This document shows, piece after piece, positions 51,720 to 64,000 of a stretch of 64,000 nt of DNA (positions are counted from its first letter, which is position 1; every line of letters begins with the position of its first letter). Origin of the DNA: the human T2T-CHM13v2.0 reference genome, Homo sapiens; assembly GCF_009914755.1 (NCBI RefSeq), contig NC_060925.1. One strand, written 5' to 3'. The notes under the pieces are model-generated. The model searched no databases. It worked only from the letters and a program-made list of their open reading frames with translations, and had not been told where the DNA came from. The position numbers were made by a program, and so were the translations under genes.

Positions 51720-53127
51720 TTATAATTCCAATCTTACAGTGTAGAAAACAGAGTTAATAAAAGGGTGAGCAACTGGAATTCAAGTCAGAAAGTGTGATTC
51801 TAGAGTTGAGACCCATAAACACATATCCTATCTTATCTGTGTTTGCAGAAAAACTGAGATAATTACTTGGATACCTCTCAACTTAGCTTCTTAATTATTT
51901 TCATTCTATTAACTTCTCCAGTAACAGCAACCCCATTTGAGTTCCCATGCTCTTTATTCTGCAATGATTTTGGTCTAGCAATCAGTTTCTTCTCCTATGA
52001 CCTCTTTTTGTTATGCATAAAATTCTCCAGTTACAAGAAAGTTTCTCCAACCTTTTTCTTGCTGTAAAACTTCTGACTGTATTCACTGCCAAATTTTGTA
52101 AATGTGATCTATTCTCTACTTGTTATGTTAAATTTCACACTTCCTAATCACTTACTAAGCCACAGATATCTAGCTTCTTTCCAACACTGCTTAACATAAA
52201 TTGTTCCAGAAACATCAGTAATGACTACATGATAGTCGAATTTTAGGGGCCCCTTCCAATATTTATTTTACTGACCTCAGAAGCACTGGGCATCGTGGGC
52301 CCTTCCTTAAAACTCCTCCATTTCCTTTCATGAAACCTGTCTCTCTGTGTTTCTCTATGTCCCTGATATTACCATAAATTGATATTTGTGTTTCTTTTCA
52401 TCCTTCTCTTTAGCATTTAGAATTCTTCAGACATAGTCTTCATTTCTCATGGTATTCTCTAGGCCGGTAGTTCTCATATTTTAGTGTGTATTTAAGTCAC
52501 GGGTAGATCTTCTTAAAATGCATTTCTGATCCAGGATGTCAAGGCAGAGCCCAAGATTCCACCTTGCCGTCAAGCTCCTGGGTGAACCAAATTCTGTTGC
52601 TCAAAGGACAACATTTCGAGTAAGATAGGAGATGCTTTACATCTACAATGATTCTCCCCTCTGTATAGACTGATAACTACCAGATTTATCTGTATCTTGG
52701 GCCTTTTCCCTGAGTACTATTCATCTGCCTGCCTGACTTCTCAAATCAGGCATCTTTCAGTGTTTCAACTCAAAGTGGAATTCACTGTCCTCACAGCAAA
52801 GCAAGCTTTTTTATTGCAGAATATGTATAAGTGATAGCAGCAGTATCCACTGAGTTATCCTATTTATAAATTCAAATACATATTTTACACTTTGCTTTCC
52901 CTTTCTTCTTCTTTTCAAATCTGTAAGTTCCAGAAAGAAAAGAAAAAAATTAAAATACACTGACTCAGGAAAGCACTGTGACAGATATTTTCACATGTGA
53001 TCTCTTTATATTTCCTTTAAATGCTCCTCTTATTTTCCTATAAATTTAGTAACTGTATTTGTGTACTTTTCAATTTTGTAGCTGTATATTGCCAACATTT
53101 TCCTTAATGTTTAAGATTCCTTATCCA

Positions 53128-53225
53128 GGTGTGGGCGTGGTGGCTCATGCCTGTAATCTCAGCACTTTCAGAGACCAGCCTGGGCAACATAGTGAGACCC
53201 TATCTCTACAAACATTTTTTTAAAA
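53128..53225 (+). mobile_element. Alu left monomer (FLAM) with an internal deletion of about 40 nt
   Basis: GCACTTT joined to CAGAGACCAGCC; 15-bp TSD AAG(A/G)TTCCTTATCCA at 53113-53127 and 53226-53240. Confidence 0.8.
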
Positions 53226-55005
53226 AAGGTTCCTTATCCAAACTGAATCCTGGCATTCTCTTTAATATATTATTATTTTTTATATATTTTTTTCATTTTG
53301 AGTTTCAAGCAATTCCATTTCTCTAACTTGACATTTTAGATTTTCTTCCTCACTTTTTTGATTAACATATACACTCAAATTTTATGTTATATAATTCATT
53401 CTGAAAATATTAAAAATCTTATCTACCTAGTAAAAATGTTTTTATTAAAGTTTATTTCAGTATTTATCCATTTGTGAAATAATGTACATTATAATCATCA
53501 TCATATATAAAATTACTATCTTTTGCATGTTATTTCATAAACTCATTCTCATTTTTCAATAATTTTCACAAATATTCATGGTAGAGTATAATTTAGTGTT
53601 ATATTTAGTGTTAAATATACGCATTTACATATACATATATTTCTTGTTCAAAATGCCTAAAACTTTAAGCAATTTTATATCTTTCTGATAAAGTTAGACA
53701 ATACAAACAGTATAATTCTAATCATTATTAATTTTCTGTCAAACGATTCTAAATGTAACTGAACATATTAATATAAAATAAATCATCTTTGGTTTTCAAA
53801 GTTCAAGTAAAATGTTTTGGCTTTTTTTTGTTATTTGAATATTGAATTGTACTAAGTATAGAAAATAGAAATTTTTGTCAGCACTTTAAAAATATATTGC
53901 TCAGAAAGTTGCTAAGAGATGCATACCAAATATAAATATATTTGAGGCAAAAATAACAAGTAAGTGTTCTGAGTTTTAAAAAAAGATTTCGGTAAAGAGG
54001 TTTATTAGAATGACATGTTTACATTTCTCTTGGCATCTAATATTTATTTTTACGCTCTTGGCTTAGGATAAAATCAGGATAAATGAAGCAAGAAGACCAC
54101 AGTTATTGATGGGCCATTGAGTACACATGTTTACAGAGAATTTCCCTTTTTAAAGCCTTTTCATAAATCAATATTGAAGTTTATTTTATCATCCCTAAAT
54201 AAACTTTATTTTAACTAACTGATAATCATTCATTGTTGAACTCTTAACTGGTCAAGTTGACACAAAATATACCTTGATCTTTTGTTCAACTAACATTAAT
54301 GAATGTACAACATCCTCCTCTGTATAAAAAGGAGCTATAAATATCCGCATGTGTGAGCTTGGTTTAAATGAACCATTCTTTGATGCGTCTCCATGAATAG
54401 AGCTAAGTAGCTGATTCTCAGCTGTTCACCAGAAAAGTTTCCTGAGTGACTGCTTTCAGATACTTTACTGTAATTACCAGTTTCTCTTGTCTTTTCTGGC
54501 TTTATTTGCATGGAGAGAATAGTAACCTTGAGTCAATTTCTCAAGTTAAACTATTAAAAATTCATGATTTATTCAAAATTGTAATAACTTTTTCTCTAGA
54601 TAATTAACCCAGTCTGTAGACCGGGCTAACTTCTTCTGACTTTCTTGGAAGATCCTACCCAAAGAAAAGGTCAAATCAGGAATTTAGATTATCTCGAAAT
54701 GAACTGATGGAGAACAAAAAAGCCTCAAGACTCCTTTTCTCCTATAGCCATGGCTGACAATGACCCCCAAACCAGATTGTATTGCTTACTGTGTTGCAAC
54801 ACCAAAAAAAAATCACCTGCACCAAGTTCTGCCTGCTAAGGGAAAAAAAGACTTAGGAAACCAAAAAAGGTACAATGGAGACATTAGAACAAATACAACA
54901 TGGTCTGAGATTTTGAACTCTGAATTTCCAAATACCTTGAAATAATCTTGCAGCGGGATGAGATCCTCTTTACCCTTCTGATGAATCCAGACTTCATTTG
55001 ATTAA

Positions 55006-55286
<281 letters not shown>

Positions 55287-58200
55287 TGATTAAACCTTTT
55301 AAGGACTCAACTGAGCATTGCCTAATCAAGGAATAACTTTTGTCTCTATGTTCTTAGAGAGGCAGATCACAAAATTTCCTAGATAGAATAGTATAAGGTC
55401 TTCAATGAACCAAGAGAAATATAGCTCCCCCAAATTGCATGATCTTTCTTGCCAATTTTTATTTGCAGAAGTCTGAGTTACACTTATGCAAATAGATTCT
55501 AATACTGTAAGACAGAGTCAGGCTGCTTTTATCAATATAACTCCAACTCACCTAGAAACAAAGATTAAATATGGTGGTTCAAGTACCAGGGAATGGCATT
55601 AATAGTTGGATACAGTGGTAACACACTGTATAGGAAAAAATGTGAAGGTTCAGGGAGATAAAAATAGTTGAATGGATCTTGTATGTGCAAACTGTTTAAA
55701 CACTCCCTAACCACACTCCCCAGGAATAAGCCAGAGGACTCTCTCTTCATGAAAGTGAAAGAAATGCATTGTTGAGACAAGTACGAGCATCCTTTCAAAG
55801 TTGTCGGCTGGTTTTCTTCAGATAACCAATTATAACTATTACGGACTGGTTTCGTCCCCCAAAATTCACATGTTAAGCCCTAAGCCCCAAGTCAGAACGT
55901 GACAATATTTGGAGATAAGGTCTTTAAAGTAAATAAGTTAAAATAAGGCTATCAGCGTGGGCCTTAATCCAAAGTGATTGGTGTCCTTATAAAAAGAGAC
56001 TAGGACAAAAACATAAAATGATACCAGAGATGTATGCATGGCTTCCAAGGTCAAGCGGCCACCTCAGTTGAACCAGAAGGTGGGGCTGTGACATTAGTGA
56101 GACTGAAGAACAGAGCATTGAGCCAAAGAGCATTATTCTCCAGCCTTAACATCTGATAAAATGTGCCATGCTAGGTTCACACTTGCTTGGGATCCATGAA
56201 GACTGCTTTCCTTCTTTGAGCTTCTTTATATATTACAGTTTAATAATGTTGCTTACTCTTGTGTTCCATTGCTATCACAGACATTAATTTACTGGTCAAT
56301 TCTAGGTGTTTGGTATAGAAAGACAAGCTGGGCAGTATATAAGCTCTGTCTGCACCTGGTTAGGAGCATTTGTCCTAATTTCTCCTTTAGCTCATGAGTG
56401 TTTAACATAATAACTTATGCTGCGTATGTGTTGCATTGTGAATATTTTCATTATTACATAAATTTTCTATACTAGAATAGCTAATATTTTAATAGACATA
56501 TCAAATGTATCTAACCATAATGTCATCATTGGAAATTTAGATTGTTTTTCAATATTTAATATTTTAAATGGTTATAAAAGAAACAGTTTTTCCAAAACAA
56601 TTACTTGTATTTGTAATTAATTTTGTTGTATATTGCCAAATTGACTTCCAGAAAATATGAATCCAGATTTTTAGTTCACTAGCAGTATATACAAATATCC
56701 ATAACATTTCACACTTGCTAGCATTTGGGATTATAATATATTTTTTAAAAAATAGAACTTGATAGATTTTTTTATATTCTTTTAGTGACTCTTTAAGGAG
56801 CAAATACTATATAGCAGACAATTTTTAAGTGCTGGAAATATAATGGTGAACAAGGTAAACAATGTCTGTGCCCTTGAGCCCTCACGGACTTTAGTTTTTC
56901 AGTGAGAAAGAAGAGAGGAGAGTATAAATAGACAATGAACAGAATAAGTAAGTAGTGAATAAATGTAGCACAGAAGTGGTACCATGGTATGGAGAAAAAT
57001 AAAGCACAAAAGGGAATACCAGTGAAATAGTCATTATTGATGCTCATTATGTACTTGTTACTCAGACTTCTAACGAATCCTGGAGGGCTGTGGTTGACTG
57101 GGGCCATCTAGTCAGTTCTACTTAATAAGTGCCAAGTCAAAGTGACCTGTTTTATCTCTGAGCTAGAGTATTGAATACCCTGTGAGAACCACAGCAGAGG
57201 TCTCTGTTTTTCTTACTGTTATGACTGGCAAAGTTATATAGTTTCTGTGCTTCTCTAGGGCTGGTCTAAAGGTACTGACGATATTGAGCAGAGCCCTGAC
57301 CCATGAATGATATATAGCAAGAACAAGAAATGAATCATCATGGTTTTAAGCTACTAGAATTATGGTGGTTTTTGTTTGTTTGTTTGGTTTTTGTTTTTTA
57401 CATAGAGGCAGTAAGATATATTTTGTTGCTTTTTAAAATTGCATTTCTAGATAATTCAGAATACAACTAATTATTTGTTGGTTATCAACCTGTGTATCTT
57501 CTCCTGTGAATTGTCTACTTCTGTTCTTTGCTCATTAGCTTTTTTTTTAATCGGTGTTGGTGTTTTTCTTGCTAATATAAGAGCAATTTATAAATCAAAG
57601 AACTGAACTTTTGTAAAATATGTTAAAATATTTCCAAATTAATTTTGTTTGACATAGTTTTATAATTTGCATTTTATATGTCGATAATTATTTCTCACTA
57701 ATTGCCAATTGGTTTTTGACTATATATGATGACAAGTGTAACACATATAGATTTGAAAGCTAAGGTAAGACACCTACAAAGGGAGTAAAGTAACAGGAAA
57801 TTTGTGAAAAGAAAACATGGCATGAGGGCTCAGCTCTTATGTGAACAAGGGATAAACACTCATTTATTGAAATGGGTTAATTGGAAATCACTCAGCATGA
57901 ACTCACAGCCTCAAAGGATTCTCTCTGTCACTGGTAAGAGCCAAGATATCTGTCTGTTTCCAAATGCAGTTGCCCCTGAGATAAAACTGCTTACAATCAG
58001 CAGCTCAAGTAAACACAATTTTCTTATGTTTTGTGCATTTTTAAACATAAACTGAACATATTTACAATTTTTTAATGGGATAACTTCCCTCTGTCCCCTG
58101 CAATTTTCAGATTTCGGGGGGAAAAAAGATAATGGGCTTGAGTATTTTTGTTGCATAGCATCAAATTTTGCCTATAAAAAGAAAAAATGAAATGAGATCA

Positions 58201-59089
58201 ACATGTGTGCTAAATCAATAATGACTTTCTAGTGGAAAAGTGAATAAAAAATAATAACTAAAAAGTTTAATATAACCACACTACACTAACAAGCAGGAGA
58301 GCTTACGGTGAAAAAGTTATGGATAGGTAATAACGAGAGTGCAAAGATATTTTTATTTTACCTTTTGGCTTTATTTGTTTTTGTTTCCAAAAAGTTTTCA
58401 ATCACTTCTGGGTAAATTTTCAAATATTTGGCAACTACATAAAATATCTAAGCATTGTACATCAATCATCTTTGGTCCTCTAACAGGATCACCCATTATT
58501 GCTTCATACTGCATTATTCTTAGTTTGTATTCAGAAAAGAAAATGGAGTCCTCAACACATTGTCTTCTCTAAGAAGGCAGGGACTGTGTCTGTGGTGTGC
58601 ATCATGGTCTATCAATATAAGTGCTTAGCACCTAATAGAGGCTCAATGCATGTTTAGTAAATGAATAAAAAGTCATCTAAAGTGTAAAATTTAATTTTGA
58701 GAATTTTTACTGAAGATAAGAATGTTTCATATGTATTTTGTTTCATGATCACTAATCCTTATGCTGAATAAACAAAAAGGTGGAAATTAAATCAATGAAA
58801 CAAATTTATCACTGTTCATTCACCAGCAGTTATTGAAGAACCTCTATGTGCAAAAAACTATCCTATGTAGTCAATGGTAACAGGCATACATCCACTCAGA
58901 CATACTACATCCCTGCTCTTAAAGAGATTAAGAAATCTTTCAGTGTAATAGCAATGTTTCATTCTGTACTGTGTCCCCAGTGCCTAGTTCAGCACTCCTT
59001 ACCATATAACAGACATTGGCCTATTATTAATGAGGTAAGAAAAATATGAATGAACTTGGAGATCAAAGTAATGAGTTAACTCTATTAAA

Positions 59090-59145
59090 ATTGTGTGTTG
59101 TGTGTGTGTGTGTGTGTCTTTATGTGTACATGAGAGAGAGAGAGA
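59090..59145. repeat. (TG)n/(AG)n microsatellite
   Basis: Visible dinucleotide runs. Confidence 0.85.
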
Positions 59146-59923
59146 TAATGAGATATGGTAGGGGTACAGTTTCCTTTAATGGTATAAACAAAAATTACAC
59201 TTCCCTGCCAAAATAACGAAAACTTGACTTTCCCTTCATATAAGGACAAAGAGGAATTTATACACATTGTTTATTTTATTTTATTTTTTCTTGAATATAT
59301 TCACTGGGATACTTAGGAAGATGTTTACAAAAGAACGATTTGACTCTTGACATCTAGCCTGCAGTAGGTGTTCAAATAACATTGCCACAAAAAGAAGAGA
59401 ATCCTGTTTTAAAAAGATACATTTGCAAATTTCCCCTCTGGTTTCACATTTCTTGCTCTTTTGAGTTAATCTAGGTTCGTGCCATTCATTTTCAATAACA
59501 TGGTATATATGAAAGAACCATGTATATTAAAAACATAAAATTAAGAAGTTAAAAAAATTGTGGGTTAAAGAATCTATGCTGTCAGTTCTCTCCTTTATAT
59601 AGTCTTTCCACTTCCATTTATCTTACTTTTTCTCTCCTGCTACTGCCAGTCATTATAAAATTTGCTTGTCTGTCGTCAGCCACATTTCCATCACTTCTAT
59701 TTGCTGAGAAAGAAAAAAAATTGACCTAAAACGCCTTCCAAAAATATACATATATTTTATATTTTACATGAACCAACATGTATAGCAACAACAACAACAA
59801 CAAAAACCATAATGGCTTTAAGAGCATGATATAGAATATTGGCAAGTAAATTTTAAAACAATTTTATTTTTTCATGTGATGCTCCCTAAATAGTCCACTG
59901 TGTTCTATTTATCACCAGAAAAC

Positions 59924-60610
59924 TTTTATTTTTAAGAAAGAGTCTTTATATTAGTTAATTCTCACATTTCTATAAAGAAATACCTGAGACAGGGTAATTT
60001 ATAAAGACATGATGTTTAATTGGCTCACAGTTCTGCAGGCTGTACAGGAACCATGATGCTGGTGTCTGCTTGGCTGCTGGGGAGGCCTCAGGAAACTTAC
60101 AATTATGGCGAAAGATGAAGCGGGAGCAGGCATGTCACATGGCTGGAGGAGGACCAAGAGAGAGAAAGGGAGCAAGGTGCCACACTTTTGAACAGCCAAG
60201 CTCACCAGAACTCACACACTTTGTGAGGACAGCACCAAAACGATGGTGCTAAACTAATTAAGAGAAATCCACCCCCATGACCCAGTCACCTCTCACCAGG
60301 CCCTATCTCCAACACTGGGGATTACAATTCAACCTGAGATTTGGGTGGGGAACACATCCAAACTTTATCAGTCTTGCTCTGTCACCCAGGCTGAAGTGCA
60401 GTGGCATGATCACGGCTCTCTGCAGCCTTTAACTCCTGGACTCAAGTGATCCTCCTGCCTCAACCTCCTGAGTAGCTGGGACTACAGGTGCATGCCACTA
60501 CACCCAGACTAATTTTCTTATTTTATGTAGACATGAGGTCTCATTAAGTTGCCCAGACTGGTCTTGAGCTCCTGAGCTCAAACAATCCTCCTGCCTCAGC
60601 CTCCCAAAGC
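59924..60610 (-). mobile_element. AluJ (5'-truncated) split by the MSTB LTR
   Basis: Tail at 59924-59946; body resumes at 60371-60610 with J-type motifs. Confidence 0.85.
59947..60370 (-). mobile_element. MSTB-like MaLR solo LTR inserted into an AluJ
   Basis: TSD GTCTT at 59942-59946 and 60371-60375, taken from the Alu sequence AGTCTTGCTCTGTCACCC. Confidence 0.88.
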
Positions 60611-63600
60611 CTCTTGAAGGGGAAGAAACTACATTCTGCTTAAAGATATTTATGCATTTTTTGTGTATAACATATAATACAATGAGGTATGCCCTAAAGG
60701 GCTTCTCAAAAAGTGCTTCTTTAAGTTGTTGGAAATTATCTTGTTCTCAAATTTTATATTATACATTTTAAAGCTGAACCATTTATTCCTCAAAGTGTGC
60801 CATAAGGGTACCTTAGGAGTCCTCACTGCATGACTAAATTAATGAAAAGATTGCCTACATTTGCTTTTAAAAAAAGCTATGACTTTACCTCACATCTTTT
60901 TCCTTCAACAGTGGGCTTTGTTCTGTTTTGAGACCAGCCAATGGTTTTTCTATCTTCAGAGCATCCTCTTGTTATATTGACTTAGATATACATCTTTTCA
61001 GGTTGGACCAAATAAAAACAAAGTAATTCTAAAGAAAAAAGAAGAAAGAGGAAAAGGAGGAGAAGAAAGATGGTCTTAGAACCATATCTTTAAATTAATC
61101 TCCTTGTTTTCATAATGTATGTCACCTCTAAATGTTTGATATACATGCCATCTAAAATATTACAGGCTTTCAAACTGACCACCAATAGAAGCAGATATCC
61201 TCACATATTTACATTGAATGAGATAAAATATTTTCATTACAGAATCTTTAGGAATTAAAATAAGGACAAAAAACACTTGATTATTTTTCTTGCATTGGTG
61301 AAATTTTTCAGGAAACAAGTTAAATTTTTAAAATTAATCAGAAGAATAAGTATATGACATATCTGAGATTATATTTCTACTATTATACTTTTTAGAATGA
61401 AAACTACAAAAATTATTTAATTCTCTCATTGTTACTTTCCAACTGATACACTTCCAAAATGTCTGATACCTTGATTGATATATGTAACCTCAGTTATCTA
61501 AGTAGCCAATTAGACAGAACACCTCAGCTATTGCTGTTAGAAGTCTATATGCTCTATAGTAAAATGGCATTTGGGTTACCCATTAAAAAGAGCTTTCAAA
61601 GCCAAAAATGTTTCCAGTAAATCTTTCTTTAGCTTCTCTACAGGCAGCAGTCTAAGCCGGATTTTTTGGTCCAGAGTAGAGATAAAATTCTTTATTTTTT
61701 TTTTCTAAACTTTCTGACTGCTAGTCAAACAGGCTATTAAGATTACTCACTTCAAAACACAAAACTCCACATTTTGGATTTATGAAAAGCGTGGTTAATC
61801 ATATTTCAAACAAACAACATAATACAAATTAACCAGTGGGGGAAAAGGAGAATCAATCTGACCGCAGAACTATGATGTTTCAAAATATTCTAATTTATGG
61901 GTAAATTTATATTGAACAAAGCAGTTAAAAAAAAAACAGCTTTACCATAAAAAATGATATCTAATCGCTATGGTTTACCCTCCACTTGCCTGTCCTTGCC
62001 CATCTTTATAAGTCCACTTGTTGGAGAATGTGGGGGACAAGGAGAATGCAGTGGCTTTGGGGCCTAAAAGTGGCCAGGCTGAATAGAAGCAACTACTGCT
62101 GCAGAGTAATGCAGAGTCAAAAAATAAACATCATTTTGTATTTATTGAAACTTTTGATCATTGTTCATTATGACTTTTTTTGCATTAAGTTTATGGGGTT
62201 TTTTGAATTATTGCATCAAATATCATTTATATTTAATACTGACTTATCTGGCACACTCTTAATTTTGTTTCCAAGGTGACTGCCTCATTCACCTCATCCT
62301 AATCCCATCCCTGACTAAAGCTAAAGCTTAACAAAGTATGTATCCCTAGAAAAGCCTTAAAGAACCAGATTAAATAGGAGAAATATCAGGCAACTAGAGA
62401 ATATTTGGGGGCCAACCCTTGCTTCACAGTTGTCGGTACACAAGGCTATCCTTTCACAGTGATTTATTCAGGAGAAATTCTAAAATGCTTAAGCAGAGGG
62501 AGGTTGAGGACTGCCACCAATTTGTTAATCACTCCAACAAGTCATGAATGTCTATATTTAGTTTTCTGCAGCTAAAGAAATCTTGGCTATAAAGAAACTT
62601 CTCTGCCATGAAATCCTCCACTTAAATATTTTCTAAAGTTAACTGACTGATGAGAATTTTTAATCTCAGCCTCTATGGATTCTTATGATAAAGGATTCAA
62701 TTTAATCTTGCCTTAAGGACAGAGGCTGTTTGTTTAACTCTCTTTTCTCGAGTGGTAGAAATTAAAGCTTTAATCTCGAAGCAAAACCAAATTAGCAGGA
62801 ATAGATCCCCAAATTTTGTCACTTATTCACCCTGATAGCTCCCTGAGCACACAGCTGCTTGTCCTCTGAGTCATCTCACCACTCCCCTCTTGTATTGTGT
62901 ATTCAAATAAGCCTGCAAAGGGACTAAAGGGATGCTGGCATCTCTTCCTCTGATAATGGATAATTGAGCTCAATATTATTTTATCACCCGCCTCTGTGCT
63001 TTCCAAATAGCCTTAACAGGTTGCACTGTATAAAATCAAGCTAGGGAATGATTCTTTTGAAAATTAGCATGTTCAATCAAAATCCAGCAGGCTTTCCTTT
63101 TCAAAGCATCTGTTGTCATTTCAAATTTATGAACCACCTTAGCACTGTCTGTGACATCAATTGGCTTTTGAGCTATCACTTCTTAGTATGTAGCAATGTG
63201 TTCCACTAAATGTTAGTAAAAGACAATATCAGGCTTTGATGGCTTATCAAAGTGTTTTCATTAAATGACTTTTCAAAATCATGGTTGTAATATGCTTTGG
63301 GGTTACAGCCCAGGAAGATCCATACATTTGAAAGACTTGGGAAAATACAGTTAGGCAGATCCAAATATTGCAGCTGCTCCTTTGTCCCTGGCCAAACAAT
63401 TCTTGCCTTTGAGTTAAGAGTTAAGAAGATGACAAGCTAAAGGTTCAGTATCCCAGTCATTACGGTAGCATGTGTGTGACCTCCTCAACAGGTCCAAATT
63501 CTGTAGTTAAACCGCGTGAACAGAAATTCATATGCAGATAGTTAAGAAATTAAATATAAAGACTGTAAATTATGTAAATGGTATATTTTTTGTTAACTTA

Positions 63601-64000
63601 CTTTATGAATGCTTTTACCGAGAAAGGGGGACCTCCTACAACGTAGATCACTGCTTCACCCCAGCCTCATCCCTCAGAGATTTTGATTCTCATTCAGTAG
63701 GCTTAGGGTCAGCCTTGGCACCTACCTTTCAGGTGATTATTATGCAAATTTATTCAAGGAACATAATTTTAGAAAAATTTATATATATTTTCATGGTGGG
63801 CTTTTATCATGTCCTAGTTACTTTAGTTAGAGCATTAACCGTGTTCAAAACTTCTTTCCCCCTTTGCTCTCTCATCTTTAGATGTTTATTATCTGCACTT
63901 TGCATATTTATTCTTCAATGTAGTTACATGCACAATAGAAATAATCCAGGATTTAAGGACACGTTTAAATATTGTCTATGGACAGGAATAAAATATGCCT

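Noticed and set aside
62276-62335. Possible 60-nt exon (tttgtttccaAG ... AAA|GTATGT)
   Set aside because: Weak donor and no other support.

Overview
Human (or very closely related great-ape) AT-rich genomic DNA, most likely a long intron or lncRNA locus, dominated by transposable elements. There is no prokaryotic content, no rRNA/tRNA and no CRISPR array. The main feature is a full-length, minus-strand L1HS (Ta, Ta-0-type diagnostics) at 16250-22322 with a 20-bp target-site duplication. Its ORF2 (1275 aa) and ORF0 (71 aa) are open, but ORF1 carries a nonsense mutation (R110X) plus a hit in the RR261/262 motif. Also present are a twin-primed (5'-inverted) L1PA4-like element (4432-6805), about 19 Alu/FLAM/FAM copies, several MaLR/ERVL solo LTRs, MER DNA-transposon relics and old L1M/L2 debris. 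One strong candidate 70-nt internal exon lies on the + strand (1513-1582); I could not name the host gene. I see no evidence of a new multi-gene system. The best unexplained signals are structural: (1) an apparent inversion between two oppositely oriented MER41-family LTRs, shown by swapped TSDs and a flipped L1M ORF1 segment (44339-45518); (2) a 147-bp orphan insert with an 8-bp duplication inside an MST LTR; (3) a possible short 3' transduction tag in the L1HS tail; (4) a 61-bp templated local duplication; (5) a 36-bp perfect palindrome in a MER47-like element. Subfamily names come from recalled consensus features, not from a database search.
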